From the NCBI GenBank assembly GCA_965277085.1, contig OZ255708.1, positions 1,889,257-1,953,256 on the forward strand: a DNA stretch of 64,000 nucleotides, read 5' to 3'. The notes below the pieces were generated by a model. The model saw only the letters and a list, made by a program, of their open reading frames with translations. It was not told where the DNA came from and did not search any database. A program made the translations under genes and the position numbers. Positions within the stretch are counted from its first letter, which is position 1; the number at the start of each line of letters is the position of its first letter. Source of the stretch: Acidobacteriaceae bacterium (GTDB taxonomy: Bacteria > Acidobacteriota > Terriglobia > Terriglobales > Acidobacteriaceae). Positions 17,408 through 27,782 of the stretch are shown one piece after another.

Positions 17408-20137
17408 ATGCGCCGCTTTCTTCCATACCTCTCTCTTTTGTGTCTCTTTGTTCCTGCACTGGCAGCGCAGAGTTGTCCTGATACAGGAACTCTTCGGGTA
17501 TCGTCTTCGACGCCACAGGCACCATTGTTCGAGGCGCCAGCGTTGCGGCGGTCGGATTACAAGGAAAAGTCCGAAGTACATCCTCGGAAGCCGATGGACG
17601 ATGGACCCTATTTTGCCTCGCGCCCAATTTATACCGGGTTCAGGTAGTCTCACCTGGATTTCAAAGTAAAGAGACTGTGGGCTTGCCTGTACAAAGCAAT
17701 GGGATCACCACGCTCACGACAAGACTCCAAATTGCATCCGTAACGCAGAGCCTGGAGGTCGATGGGGAAGACATTGCAGCCAAGTCGGGAGGTTCGAACG
17801 TCCTAACCGCGAAGCAGCTTGATGGACTTGCTGAAGATCCGGACGATCTTCAGCGGCAGCTTCAAGCCTAGCGGCAGCTTCGGGCGGCATACCAGGTTCG
17901 GCCCTCATCACGGTCGACGGATTCCAGAGTACCTCAAACCTACCGCCAAAGTCGGCGATTCAGGAAGTTCGCATCAGCCCAGACCTGTTCTCTGCGGAAT
18001 ACGAGTACCCACCTTACGCAGGTGGGCGGACCGAGGTGTTTACAAAGCCAGGTCAGGACAAGTTCCACGGTGCAATCTTTGGCGCACTGGGATCGCACGT
18101 CTGGAACGCCAGCGACCCATTTAGCGTGAGTGGAACCCCTGCCGACAAGCAGCGGGAGGGGTTTGAGTTGAATGGCCCATTGCTGGCACATAGAAAAGCC
18201 GATTTCGCTCTGGACCTCGATCATCGCAGCATCGACGAGAATGCCGTGGTAAACGCTTCCGTTGTGTCTAGTGCCGGGGGCGCCTATCCTCTTCAATCAA
18301 ATAATAACCACCCCTCAACGACTGTGGTTGGCCAACGCTCGTACAGGCTGGCAGCTAGGCTCCAAGACACACTGACCGTCTCGTTTGCGGCGAACAACAA
18401 CAGCACAGAAAACAAAGGTGTGGGGGGCTCGTGTTGGAGGAGGCCGGCACCTTCGCCCGCGTGTCAGAGTACGACCTTCGGGCCGTCAATACGACATTTC
18501 TCACGAAGGTCCTCTTGCATTCGGTCCGATTGGGGCTGAGCTGGAAGACAACGGAGCAAACGCCTAATTCAACCGCAGCACAGGTAACAGTGGCCGGAGC
18601 CTTCATTGGCGGTGGGTCGACCATCGGTCGACTACATGATGCCGAACGTGATCTCGAATTTGACGATGAGGTGTACCTGTCGCTGAAGAAGCACACGATT
18701 AGAACAGGAGTTCAGATGTTAGGTGCGTTCATCAACGACATCGATCCAGACACCTTCAATGGTGCGTTCACTTTTGGCGGAGGCTCCGCTCCAGCGCTAG
18801 ACGGTTCTGGAAACACCATCAACATCACTGGCCTGGAGCAGTATCGCCGAGCCCTCGCCGGATTACCTGGTGGGACTCCGACCACCTACTCACAAACATC
18901 CGGCACGGCGAACGTCCCGCTAGAACAGTGGACGATTGCTGCTTACGCACAAGACGACTGGAAGGTTCGCGCTCGGATCTCGGTCTCGGCCGGACATCGC
19001 TATTTTGCGCAGACGGCACCGGCCGTACTCAACGGTTTTGCGCCCCGGACGGGTCTGACATACCCCCTGGGCAAGAAACGTCTGTGGGTGCTGCACGCTC
19101 GCACGGGGCTCTTCTATGCTCCGATCGCTTCACCCATCAGCCTTGAGACAGTGCGTCTGGATGGACAGCGACAGCGAAGTCTCACCCTTTACTCGCCTGC
19201 GTACAACAACCCGCTAGGGTCCGCAGCCAGCACGCCGCCCATTGAACGACAGCGGAGGTTCGCGGATGGAATCGGCATTACGCCTTCTTCGCAATCACAG
19301 CTGAGCGTGGAGCATACCTTTTTCAAAAGCTGGTCCGTGAACGCCAATATCTACTACACCGCTTCCTGGGGGTGTCCTTAGGTCCTTTAATGCCAACGCT
19401 CCCCTGCTCTTAACGGCTTCGAGCAATCCTGCTGCCAGACCACGTCCCCTCACCCCAACCTCAACCTTTTCGAGTACGGCAGAACCGGGAGATTCGCTGG
19501 TCCGTTCGCCTTTCTCGGCGTCAACCACTTCGCGCAGCGATTCAGCCTCATCTCCGGCTACCTGTATAACGGCTTCCGTACGAACGCCGAGAACCCCAAT
19601 ATCTTTCCCCAGAGCACCTACGAGAAGAGCCGTGACTGGGCCCGGCCAACGGGATCTCCGACGCACAGTCTCTTCGCAGTGATCATCTACTCGTTGCCTT
19701 TGAAAATCGGCAGCACCACGAACTTTTCCGTGTCTAGCGGTGGACCCTATGACGTAACGACCGGATTCGATAACAGCGGTGACGGCGTATTCAACGATCG
19801 GCCCTCCTTGACCACGACCTCCGGGTCAGGCGTCTACGCAACACGCTTTGGGCTACTTTCCACAAACGAAGTTAACGGCAATCTCCAACGAAACATAGCG
19901 ACGATGCCGGCCACAGTCCACCTCGATCTTTCGTTGAACCGGTCGTTCAGTCCCAAGGAAAAGCGCGGTTCAGTGCTCCACCAGCAGACTCTCCGCTTCG
20001 ATGCGCGGTCAGCCAATCTCTTAAATCATGCGAACTACACCGCCGTGGACGGAATTGCCGGCACTCCGCAGTTTACTCAGCCGACAACTGCCGATTTCGG
20101 TAGACGTATCGAGTTCGGCGGTCGCCTCAGCTTCTAA
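17408..20137 (+). pseudogene. TonB-dependent receptor with carboxypeptidase-regulatory-like N-domain, multiply frameshifted (relic B)
   Basis: Signal peptide MRRFLPYLSLLCLFVPALAAQ. The CarboxypepD_reg-like piece GIVFDATGTIVRGASV... lies in another frame. Further pieces fall in ORFs 17677.., 18036.., 18431..19381 and 19679..20137, the last ending GRRIEFGGRLSF. At least 6 frame changes are needed to read it through. Confidence 0.8.
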
Positions 20138-20158
20138 CAAAGTAGTCCAAGGGAAGTT

Positions 20159-20745
20159 ATGTCCATATATCTGTTGAGTCTCGCTCTGCTGTGCAGTCCG
20201 TTGATTGCTCAAACCCAAACGTCGACGGGATCTTCGGGAAACGTGAAAGAGAATGGTCCACCGGCTATTCGTTTGCACTCGTTGTTCGCTCAAAACTTCT
20301 TACAGTTGAGGGTGACTGGAAGCAAAGCGTGGCCCTGCGCGCCTATGCCCCTGCTCATCCAGGCAGCTACATTGTGTTCTCGAATGGAGGACCGCTCATG
20401 CTCCTTCAGGAGCCCTCTGAGATTGAAGAAGCCGCAAAGTTCCACATTCCAAGATGCTTGGCAAACAACAAGCCCCCTTGGGAGCAAAGCAAGGACTTCT
20501 TGGTCGGCAGCAGGCGTTGATCGGTAGACAGATGAAGGAGGCAACCGGAACCGAGGAGATGCGGCGCACCGGAGCTGAGCAGGGGAGAGTCGGAGCTGAG
20601 CAGGGCGCACTAGGCCGTGAGCAGGGGCGAATTGGGCAGGAACAGGGTGTCGCGGGGCGGAGCTTCTACAACCATGTGCAAATGGCCTTGGGGCGATGCG
20701 TCACCCAAAAAGGTGTGTTCCAGCGCAATCGCTCACCACACAGTA
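20159..20745 (+). pseudogene. secreted heptad-repeat protein (GxEQGxx / LGxxQxx repeats), frameshifted and 3'-truncated
   Basis: Signal-like N-terminus MSIYLLSLALLCSPLIAQ. The middle part is readable in a second frame (YSFALVVRSKLLTVEGDWKQSVALRAYAPAHPGSYIVFSNGGPLMLLQEPSEIEEAAKFH). A third frame carries 7-aa (21-nt) repeats LGKQQAP LGAKQGL LGRQQAL ... GAEQGRV GAEQGAL GREQGRI GQEQGVA. The gene runs into the recombinase fragment. Confidence 0.45.
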
Positions 20746-20746
20746 G

Positions 20747-21173
20747 CAAGAGTGCTGGAAGCTGGGTCGCCTGGCCCGTTCCACCCGCAACCTCCTCGAG
20801 ATCGTCGAAGCCATCAACCAGGCCGGTGCCCGATTTCAATCCATCTCTGAACCCTGGGCCGACACGACCACGCACCCCGGCAAGATGATCATGACCAGTT
20901 TTGCCGGAATCGCCAAGTTCGAACGCGATCTGATCCGGGAGCGTACCGGAGCGACCATGCCGACGCGCACAAGCGCGGAGTTCGCTTCGGACGGCCCAAA
21001 AAGATGAATGATGACCAGAGAAAGTATGCAGAAAGACTACTCAAGGAGGGGAACGCGTTCGCGAAGTCGCACGCACCTTCAGCGTTCACCCCGCCACTCT
21101 CTACCGCCTTCTCAACACCTGCCGCATGAACCGACCCAACTCAACTGAAGCCTTTTGGCTATGCAATTCATAA
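20747..21173 (+). pseudogene. serine recombinase (resolvase/invertase family), 5'-truncated and frameshifted
   Basis: WKLGRLARSTRNLLEIVEAINQAGARFQSISEPWADTTTHPGKMIMTSFAGIAKFERDLIRERTGA is the conserved C-terminal half of the resolvase catalytic domain. GVRFGRPKKMNDDQRKYAE and the HTH VREVARTFSVHPATLYRLL lie in shifted frames. The catalytic Ser N-terminal region is absent. Confidence 0.75.
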
Positions 21174-21229
21174 TCTCGCTCCTCACTTTGCAATGCTCGC
21201 CAAGTCCGCTGCGCTCTCCCAGGTCGCTC

Positions 21230-21689
21230 GAGACGGAGACACAAACCAACCAAAAGGAACTGTTTGGTCATCATCGAAGCCGGGAAGCGGGATCGGCCTA
21301 TAGCCGGACGGTAAAACGATTGTTCTCGTGGACGGGCAGAAGCCGCAAATCATGGCGGTGGACACCACGACGGATAAGGTGGTGTCCACGATCGAGCTTG
21401 AAGGGCACGAGAAGGCCGCGCAGGTCGCGCGCTACAGCCCCCACAGCAAATATCTGGTCGTCACCAGCGTAGACGAGTCGCTTGCGACTATTTTCGATAG
21501 CGGGCTTAAGAGGCAACGGGTGCTGGACCTTGGCGAGGGGCCCATGGACATGGCCTTTCACCAAGATGGCCGACGGTGCTGATTGCCGACGAGATCGACG
21601 GCACGCTTGCCGTCCGCGACTTGGAACGCGCGGAGATACTGCGCACTGTTCGTGCTGGCGTCGGCGCCGAAACCCTCTCCTTCTTCTAG
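21230..21689 (+). pseudogene. YncE/YVTN-type beta-propeller repeat protein fragment
   Basis: SPDGKTIVLVDGQKPQIMAVDTTTDKVVSTIELEGHEKAAQVARYSPHSKYLVVTSVDESLATIFD...GEGPMDMAFHQDG, then LIADEIDGTLAVRDLERAEILRTVRAGVGAETLSFF in another frame. The N-terminal blades are missing. Confidence 0.5.
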
Positions 21690-21693
21690 GGCC

Positions 21694-22748
21694 ATGAAGG
21701 CTCCGCTCTTTGCGCGCCGTTGCTCCCAAACCCCCCCTTCTGTGAGGCTCATCGTGAACTGGCAGCAAACGTTGAACGAAGGCTCATTCTCGGCAAAGGG
21801 CTTCGTTTTTGCAGATAGCGGGCGTTTGGACCTGCGGCTTGCCTACCAGACGCTCGGTAGTCTGGCGCAAGATAAGGGCAACGCGGTGCTGCTCCTGCAC
21901 GGCACAGTCGGCAGCGGACGGTAATTTCTTCAGCCAGCCTTTGGCGACGCCTTGTTCGACGCCGGCGAACCGCTCGACGCCGGTGAGCACTTGATCATCC
22001 TCCCCGATGCGATTAAGCATGGGAGTCGAGCAAACCGAGCGACGGCATGGGACAAGCCTTCCCCACTACAGCTACGCGGACATGGTGCAGGCGCAGCATC
22101 AGGTGATCACGGAAGGTCTCGGGCTGTCGCGGCTCCCCCTTGTAATGGGCACCAGCATGGGCGGGATGCAAACCTGGATGTGGGGCGAACGCTATCCGGA
22201 CATAATGGACGCGCTGATGCCCATCGCGAGCCTTCCGGAGCGCGTTACCGGGCGCAATCTGCCTTTGGCACCGACTGCTCCTGCAGGTTGCCCGGCTCGA
22301 TGAACCCGATCAGCCCGGATCACCGCCGCGCGGCTTGGGTTTGGCCTGGGTGCTGTTCCAGATGATGGCCGGCAGTTCTGCGCGATTGGCGGAGAGTCTG
22401 GGCAGCCCCGAGCAAGCCGATGCCTACATCCAATCCGTCGCGGAAGAAGCGCTCGCACGCGAAAGCCTGCTCGACGTCATCTGCGAGTTCGAAGCATCGC
22501 GGGATTACGATCCCGTACCGCATCTTGGCCGCATCCGCGCTCCGCTGCTCGCTGTCAATTTCGCCGACGATGCGATCAACCCGTCGGAACTCGGTGTGAT
22601 GAACAACATGATCGCGCAGGTAGGTAAGGGCCGGGCGGTGCTCCTGCTGGCCACGGATACAACGCAAGGACACCAGACACTGTCGCAGCCCACACTCTGG
22701 AAGGAATACCTGCGCGATTTGCTAGAGCGGAGCAAACGCCCAGGCTGA
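21694..22748 (+). pseudogene. alpha/beta hydrolase of the homoserine O-acetyltransferase (MetX-like) type, multiply frameshifted
   Basis: Pieces lie in three frames: GNAVLLLHGTVGSG; SKPSDGMGQAFPHYSYADMVQAQHQVITEGLGLSRLPLVMGTSMGGMQTWMWGERYPD (GxSxG nucleophile elbow); and RAPLLAVNFADDAINP...GHQTL. Confidence 0.65.
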
Positions 22749-22953
22749 TATGTTTTTGTTCTTGCCGGCAAAACGAGTTGTAAGATGCCGCCAAGCAGCG
22801 GACCGGATGGAGGGAGCTTTCAGGCGGGTATGAAGAAGTTGAAGAAAGCTGCGGCCGGAGGCGGAGAAGTAGACTGGGCATCTAGGGCAGGCCTCGTGGT
22901 GAGGAAAACTTCCGTCCTTAATTGCTCCGGCAAAGGGACTTGCGGCGCACCGT

Positions 22954-22973
22954 GAGTGAGTGTACAGTCACTC
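22954..22973. promoter_or_regulatory. candidate TetR operator (20-bp near-perfect palindrome)
   Basis: GAGTGAGTGTACAGTCACTC matches its reverse complement at 18 of 20 positions and is centred on TGTACA. It ends 2 nt before the tetR ATG at 22976. Confidence 0.45.
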
Positions 22974-22975
22974 AT

Positions 22976-23536
22976 ATGACGGCGCGGAAGCCTGTACTGT
23001 CCACATCCAAAGACCGACGTGAGGCTGTCATCCTGAGCGCGATGACCGTCTTCGCCGCCAACGGATATCTGGGAACGCCAGTCACCGAGGTCGCCACACG
23101 AGCAAACATCTCAACGGCCTACGTCTTCAAACTGTTTCCCAGCAAACAGGAACTCTTCGTAGCCGCCTTGGAGCGGTGTTTTGAAGTGATCCTTGCAACT
23201 CTGGCGAAGGGTGCGGATGAGAGTGCAGACCAAGCGCCAGAATCCATTTTATCCGCCATGGCAGGGGCTTACGCGGCTTTGATCGCCGACCGCAAGCTGC
23301 TTCTCCTGCAGATCCATGCGCAATCCGCCGCGGGTACCCCGGAGATCGCAAAAGCCTTCCGCCGCGGCCTCGCCTCCACCGTCCGCTTTGTGAAAGCGAG
23401 ATCCAACGCCTCGGACGACTTGGTGCAAAGGTTTATGGCGTACGGCCAACTCTGCCACCTCATCACAACCCTCGGTCTGGATGTGAACAAGAGCTCCTGG
23501 GCCCGGGTCCTGACCACCGGGATCCGGCACGTGTAA
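22976..23536 (+). CDS. TetR/AcrR family transcriptional regulator
   Basis: N-terminal HTH RREAVILSAMTVFAANGYLGTPVTEVATRANISTAYVFKLFPSKQELF followed by an all-helical C-terminal domain. Confidence 0.85.
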   Translation: MTARKPVLSTSKDRREAVILSAMTVFAANGYLGTPVTEVATRANISTAYVFKLFPSKQELFVAALERCFEVILATLAKGADESADQAPESILSAMAGAYAALIADRKLLLLQIHAQSAAGTPEIAKAFRRGLASTVRFVKARSNASDDLVQRFMAYGQLCHLITTLGLDVNKSSWARVLTTGIRHV

Positions 23537-23597
23537 TGGTCATTTCCTACAGTGAGTAATCATTCACACACTAAGCTACACGAAAGGACCACCAACC

Positions 23598-24653
23598 ATG
23601 AACTCGAACACACGTACCTTCCCCACCTTCGTTACTGCCACCGAGGTTGTCCTGCCAGGGATCGTGGAGTCCTCCGGGCTCGAGACCCGCGAACGCGCCC
23701 TCCCGGCACCGCGTGCCGGAGAAGCTCTGGTACAAATGGAGGCCACCGGCATCTCCTTCGCCGAACAGGCCATGCGCAAGGGTCAATACCCAGCTCAACC
23801 CACATTTCCTTTCGTGCCCGGCTACGACTTCGTGGGAAGGATTGTTGCCGTAGCTCAAGGAATATCGCAAAACCGCATCGGAACCCGCGTGGCCTCAGTA
23901 ACCAAGATCGGCGGCTGGGCAAGTCACCTGCTGGTCCCGGCTCAAAATCTCGTCGCCGTTCCCGATGGCGTCACCGCCGTGCAGGCGGAGACCGTCCTGC
24001 TCAACGGGGTCACAGCGTGGCAGATATTGTTCCGTGAAGCCAAGGCGAGAGCGGGCCAGACGATCCTCGTGCACGGAGCCAACGGCGGCGTTGGCACCGT
24101 TCTCTGTCAACTTGGCCGGCACTTTGGCATCCGAGTCATCGGCACCTCCTCGCCTCGCCATCATGAGGTCCTGCGCGCCATGGGAGTGGATCCCGTCGAC
24201 TACAACGCACCCGATCTCGCGGAGCGTATCCGCGCCCTGGCTCCAGACGGGGTCCATGCCGCCTTCGATCACCTCGGGCTCGAAAGCGCCCGGTTGTCTT
24301 ACCGTCTGCTTCGCCGCGGCGGATCCCTGATTATGTATGGAAACGCCGCTGCGCTGGGCCAAAAAGCATCCATTGCGAGTGTCTTCCTCCGCCTCATGGG
24401 GCAGTTGCTCCTGTGGAAGCTGCGTCCCCAAGGCCACCATGTCACCTTCTACAACTTCTGGGCGGGTCGCCTGCTTCGTCCATCGGCGTTCCGCAACCGG
24501 ATCGACGGAGACCTAAAAGCTCTCTTCGGACTCCTACGAACAGGAGCTATCGATCCACCGGTCGCAGCGGAGTTTCCTCTCGCCGATGTGAGATCGGCCA
24601 TGGCGTTGGCTGAATCCCGCACCGTGCGGGGCAAGGTCGTCCTCGTTCCTTAA
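23598..24653 (+). CDS. zinc-independent medium-chain dehydrogenase/reductase (NADPH:quinone oxidoreductase-like)
   Basis: GroES-like N-domain (GEALVQMEATGISFAE...PFVPGYDFVGRI) and a Rossmann motif (ILVHGANGGVGTVLCQL). Ends GKVVLVP. Confidence 0.85.
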   Translation: MNSNTRTFPTFVTATEVVLPGIVESSGLETRERALPAPRAGEALVQMEATGISFAEQAMRKGQYPAQPTFPFVPGYDFVGRIVAVAQGISQNRIGTRVASVTKIGGWASHLLVPAQNLVAVPDGVTAVQAETVLLNGVTAWQILFREAKARAGQTILVHGANGGVGTVLCQLGRHFGIRVIGTSSPRHHEVLRAMGVDPVDYNAPDLAERIRALAPDGVHAAFDHLGLESARLSYRLLRRGGSLIMYGNAAALGQKASIASVFLRLMGQLLLWKLRPQGHHVTFYNFWAGRLLRPSAFRNRIDGDLKALFGLLRTGAIDPPVAAEFPLADVRSAMALAESRTVRGKVVLVP

Positions 24654-24704
24654 CGCAGTCGATGTAGGACAAGAAGCTCACCCACCACAACCAGGAGGAA
24701 ACAC

Positions 24705-25315
24705 ATGCGTTTCGTCGTCGTGCGCGCTACCGGTCGCACCGGCCCGGCAAGTTGTGGAACAGGCGTTTCAGAGAGGCCACAGCGTCACGGCAGTCGTCCG
24801 CGCTGCCTCCTCCATCAAAGAGACAGACCGCATGCGCGTCGTGGTCGCAGACCCCTGCAAGACGGAGGATCTGACGCCCATCCTTGCAGGGGAGGACGCG
24901 GTGATCTCATGCCTGGGTCAGCGGCCGGGCGGAAATTCATGGATCGTACGCGATGCCGCCAAAGCCACGCTCGACGCCTTGCAGAACGCTGGAGTCGCGC
25001 TATCTGATTGTTTCCGGCGCTTTGCTCTACCCGAGTCTCAATCCCCTGGTTCTTCTTCTCAAGCGCGTCATGGCTCACAAACTTCTGGACACCCGCGCCG
25101 CGGAGGACCTCATCCTCGCTGCCAACCTGGACTGGACCATCGTGCGACCTCCGCATCTGCGCGAAGGAACCACCGGCAAGGGATATAGGATCGAGGCCGG
25201 ACCTCGCCCTCCCCTCACCTGGGGTCTGCAGTTTCACGATCTGGCAGCCTGCCTGCTCGATCTCGCTGAAGGAAACCGCTTTACACGCGAGGTCGTCGGT
25301 GTAGCCTCCCGTTAG
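24705..25315 (+). pseudogene. NAD(P)H-binding (NmrA/BVR-B-like atypical SDR) protein, frameshifted
   Basis: MRFVVV.ATGRTG, then QVVEQAFQRGHSVTAVVR in a second frame (an extra C in GGCCCGG at 24741-24747). RYLIVSGALLYPS...DWTIVRPPHLREG follows in a third frame (change near 25000). Confidence 0.7.
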
Positions 25316-25429
25316 GACCCCAAGTTCCGCCAGGGTAAAATATAGCCCGCCTGACAGCGCATAAAAAATAAGGCATTCGCGCGTGAGGGCGACTGCGCTG
25401 ACGTCAGGCTAAGCGGCTGCCTCCACGAT

Positions 25430-25978
25430 CGTGGCTTGACGTCTCTCTGATGCGACCCCAGGTAAGCGCATCTTTAGCATTTCCTGAGGGTAAACGGGTA
25501 CCCCTGGACGCACGCGCTCTGGTGAGGAATTGAATACCGGAAACCAGGCGCTGGCAACCCAGCGATGCCTGCATTGGACGTGTGCGATCGGCTCCGAGCG
25601 CCATCATGATTCTTGCGGAAGGCAGCACCTTCGTCGATCGCTGCTGATTCTGATCGACAAAACGCGATCCGCTATACCCCAACCGGCGGCACGGTGCGAT
25701 TTACTCTGGATACGGAGCGAGGCCGGGCTGTTTTCGCGGTCGTCGACACCGGCATAGGCATACCGGACGAGGAGCTGCCGCGTATCTTCGACCGTTTCTA
25801 CAAGGCGCCCAACGCACGCAGTTCCATGCCGAAGGATACGGTCTGGGGTTGTCGATCGCGCAGTGGATCGCCGTCGCTCACAAAGGAACGTTGGTGGCCA
25901 CAAGCCGCGTGGACACAGGAACATCGATGCGCCTCACCCTTCCCGCTGGACGGCAACGCACACGGACAGAATTCCTGA
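25430..25978 (+). pseudogene. sensor histidine kinase C-terminal (HATPase_c) remnant, frameshifted
   Basis: N-box NAIRYTPTGGTV, G1 box VVDTGIGIPDEELPRIFDRFYKA, and G2 (GLGLSIAQWIAVAHKGTLVATS) in a shifted frame. A frame change sits at the A-run in GACAAAACGCG near 25655-25672. No sensor or DHp His-box part was found. Confidence 0.6.
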
Positions 25979-26032
25979 GCCAATCGACTGCGCGGACCTT
26001 GAGTCCGGACGGAAGTCAACCTCTCTTCTCAT

Positions 26033-26892
26033 TCATTGGAGAAGAAGGTGAGGAGTTGTTCCAGAAAGGCAGCCGGTTGCTCTTGCGGAGTCACATGACC
26101 GCAGTTCTCAATCTGCGTATAGCGGATATCATCAGCGAAGGGCTCTAGCTGGAGGAACGTGGCATCCCGAACGACACCACCGCCATCACCAGTGTGGGCT
26201 GAAGGAGTCTCGTCTCCATGAAAGCATCTTCAATCTGTTGCGCATCTACGGCGAAAGCTCGATAGTGATCGAAGCCTCCGCGCAAAGCTTGTGAACCGGT
26301 GTAAGCGCGGACATACTCTGCACGTGACTCTTCACTGAGCTTCTGAACTGTGCTGTTTTCGTAGAACCAGTTGGGGTATGTTTCCTCATGGCCCACGAGG
26401 ACGCTTTCAGCAAGACCGGGCGCAGCGTGGAAGCCAAACCACCATGGGGGGTCCGGCCTCCAAGAACTTTTCCGCACCCGGGAGGCGTCCAACCAGAGAC
26501 CTCTGTCAATACCAGATGACGCACTCGCTCCGGATGACGAAGTGCAAGCATTAAGGCCGGCTGCAAGCCGATGTCGAAGCCGACAACATCCACCTTATCC
26601 GTGCCAAGAGCCTGCAACAAACCCTCACAATCCTTGGCCAGAGAGTGCAGATCATACCCGTCCGATGGCCGTGAGCTCTCGCCAATGCCACGAAGGTCGG
26701 GTGCAATGACGCGAAAGCCGTGACGCACGAGACCGGGCAGGATGCGATGCCACACTACCAGTTGAACGGCCATCCATGCAGCAACAAGACGGGTCGACCG
26801 GTGCCGGCTGTCGCCACGTTCAGAGTGATCCCGTTCGTCTCAATACAGTTGAGATCTACCTGTATGCCATCCAGAGTTGTCTCACGCTTCAT
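26033..26892 (-). pseudogene. alpha/beta hydrolase (epoxide hydrolase/haloalkane dehalogenase-like), multiply frameshifted
   Basis: ATG at 26892: MKRETTLDGIQVDLNCIETNGITLNVATAGTGRPVLLLHGWP, then a stop. It continues in other frames: HGFRVIAPDLRGIGESSRP...VDVVGFDIG; HEETYPNWFYEN...ALRGGFDHYRA; and a C-terminal ENCGHVTPQEQPAAFLEQLLTFFSNE ending at 26033. Confidence 0.7.
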
Positions 26893-26971
26893 AAAGCTGA
26901 TTATGGAAGGGGATGGAGGTGGTGTCTATCGGATACCAGGAGGTAATCTGGGTACCGGGAGGAAACCACCC

Positions 26972-27338
26972 ATGGAGATGCGACGTTTACAGCGAGAACG
27001 ATATGCCCTGTGCGCATCCTGCTCGACCAGTTTTCAGATCGGTGGGCGGTGCTCGCTATTCTTTCCCTCAAGGAAGGCCCTGTCCGTTTCAATGCCTTGC
27101 GCCGCAGCCTGGACGGCATCACTCAAAAGGTTTTAGGCCAAATCCTGCAACGTCTTGCACACAATGGACTGGTTGAACGAAGTGTTCTTGCCACGAAGCC
27201 AATCGCGGTCGAATACAAATTGTCGGAACTCGGACGTCGCTCCTGCCTTTGGTCGAGCAGCTTCGGCAATGGGCACTGAAGCACAAAGCACCGCTTCTGT
27301 CCGCTCGGCAAACGTATGAAATATCTACAGGGCTGTAA
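26972..27338 (+). pseudogene. HxlR family transcriptional regulator, frameshifted
   Basis: CPVRILLDQFSDRWAVLAILSLKEGPVRFNALRRSLDGITQKVLGQILQRLAHNGLVERSV...PIAVEYKLSELG is a canonical HxlR wHTH. The only upstream ATGs (26972, 26978) are in another frame. The C-terminal helix (LLPLVEQLRQWALKH) is again shifted near 27235. Confidence 0.65.
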
Positions 27339-27354
27339 GCGTTGCATGGCCATG

Positions 27355-27780
27355 CAATCGAGTGGTCACCCGGCGAAGACGCCAAATGGACTCTGCACGC
27401 CCACGCCGGTCTGTTCTCCAACCGGTTCAGCATCTACGATCACGCGGAAATACGCGCAAAGACGGCGTTCACCGCATCATACGCACAATTTATAGCCCGG
27501 TGTTTGGCGACCCCTCGTCCGTCGGCCCACACCCATCTGCAGCTAACGCCGTCTTGCCGACTGCTTCAGCAACTCCAGCTATGCGACCTACGGCATAGGC
27601 GGCGCCTACACTTTATCCAAGGCGTTTACCTTTTCGGCGGCTTGGCAAAGGCCGGCTTTGGAACCTGTGCCGCTCCAATAACATCAATGCGCCGTACACC
27701 GATTCGCCGACGGGCCCCCGACCTTTCGCGCCCAATCTGGACCTTCTTCAAACGCAGAACAGCGGACAGGGTCGCCTTTC
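27355..27780 (+). pseudogene. internal fragment of a TonB-dependent receptor (relic C)
   Basis: EWSPGEDAKWTLHAHAGLF parallels QWSPGKDAKWDFHAHAGLF in relic A. RSNNINAPYTDSPTGPRPFAPNLDLLQTQNSGQG parallels RSNNVNAPLTSSPTGPRPLAPNVNILQVQNSGQG in relic A. The pieces are in different frames and both ends are missing. Confidence 0.55.
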
Positions 27781-27782
27781 GC

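Noticed and set aside
17408-20137. The idea that the many frame changes in the receptor genes reflect programmed frameshifting or phase variation
   Set aside because: The shifts are numerous, occur in both directions, lack slippery heptamers or long simple repeats, and co-occur with truncations. Decay or sequence error is far more plausible.
20455-20650. Regular 21-nt repeats that might be mistaken for a CRISPR-like or tandem-repeat array
   Set aside because: The period is a multiple of 3 and the units translate into coherent heptad peptide repeats within an ORF. There are no spacers and no repeat palindromy.
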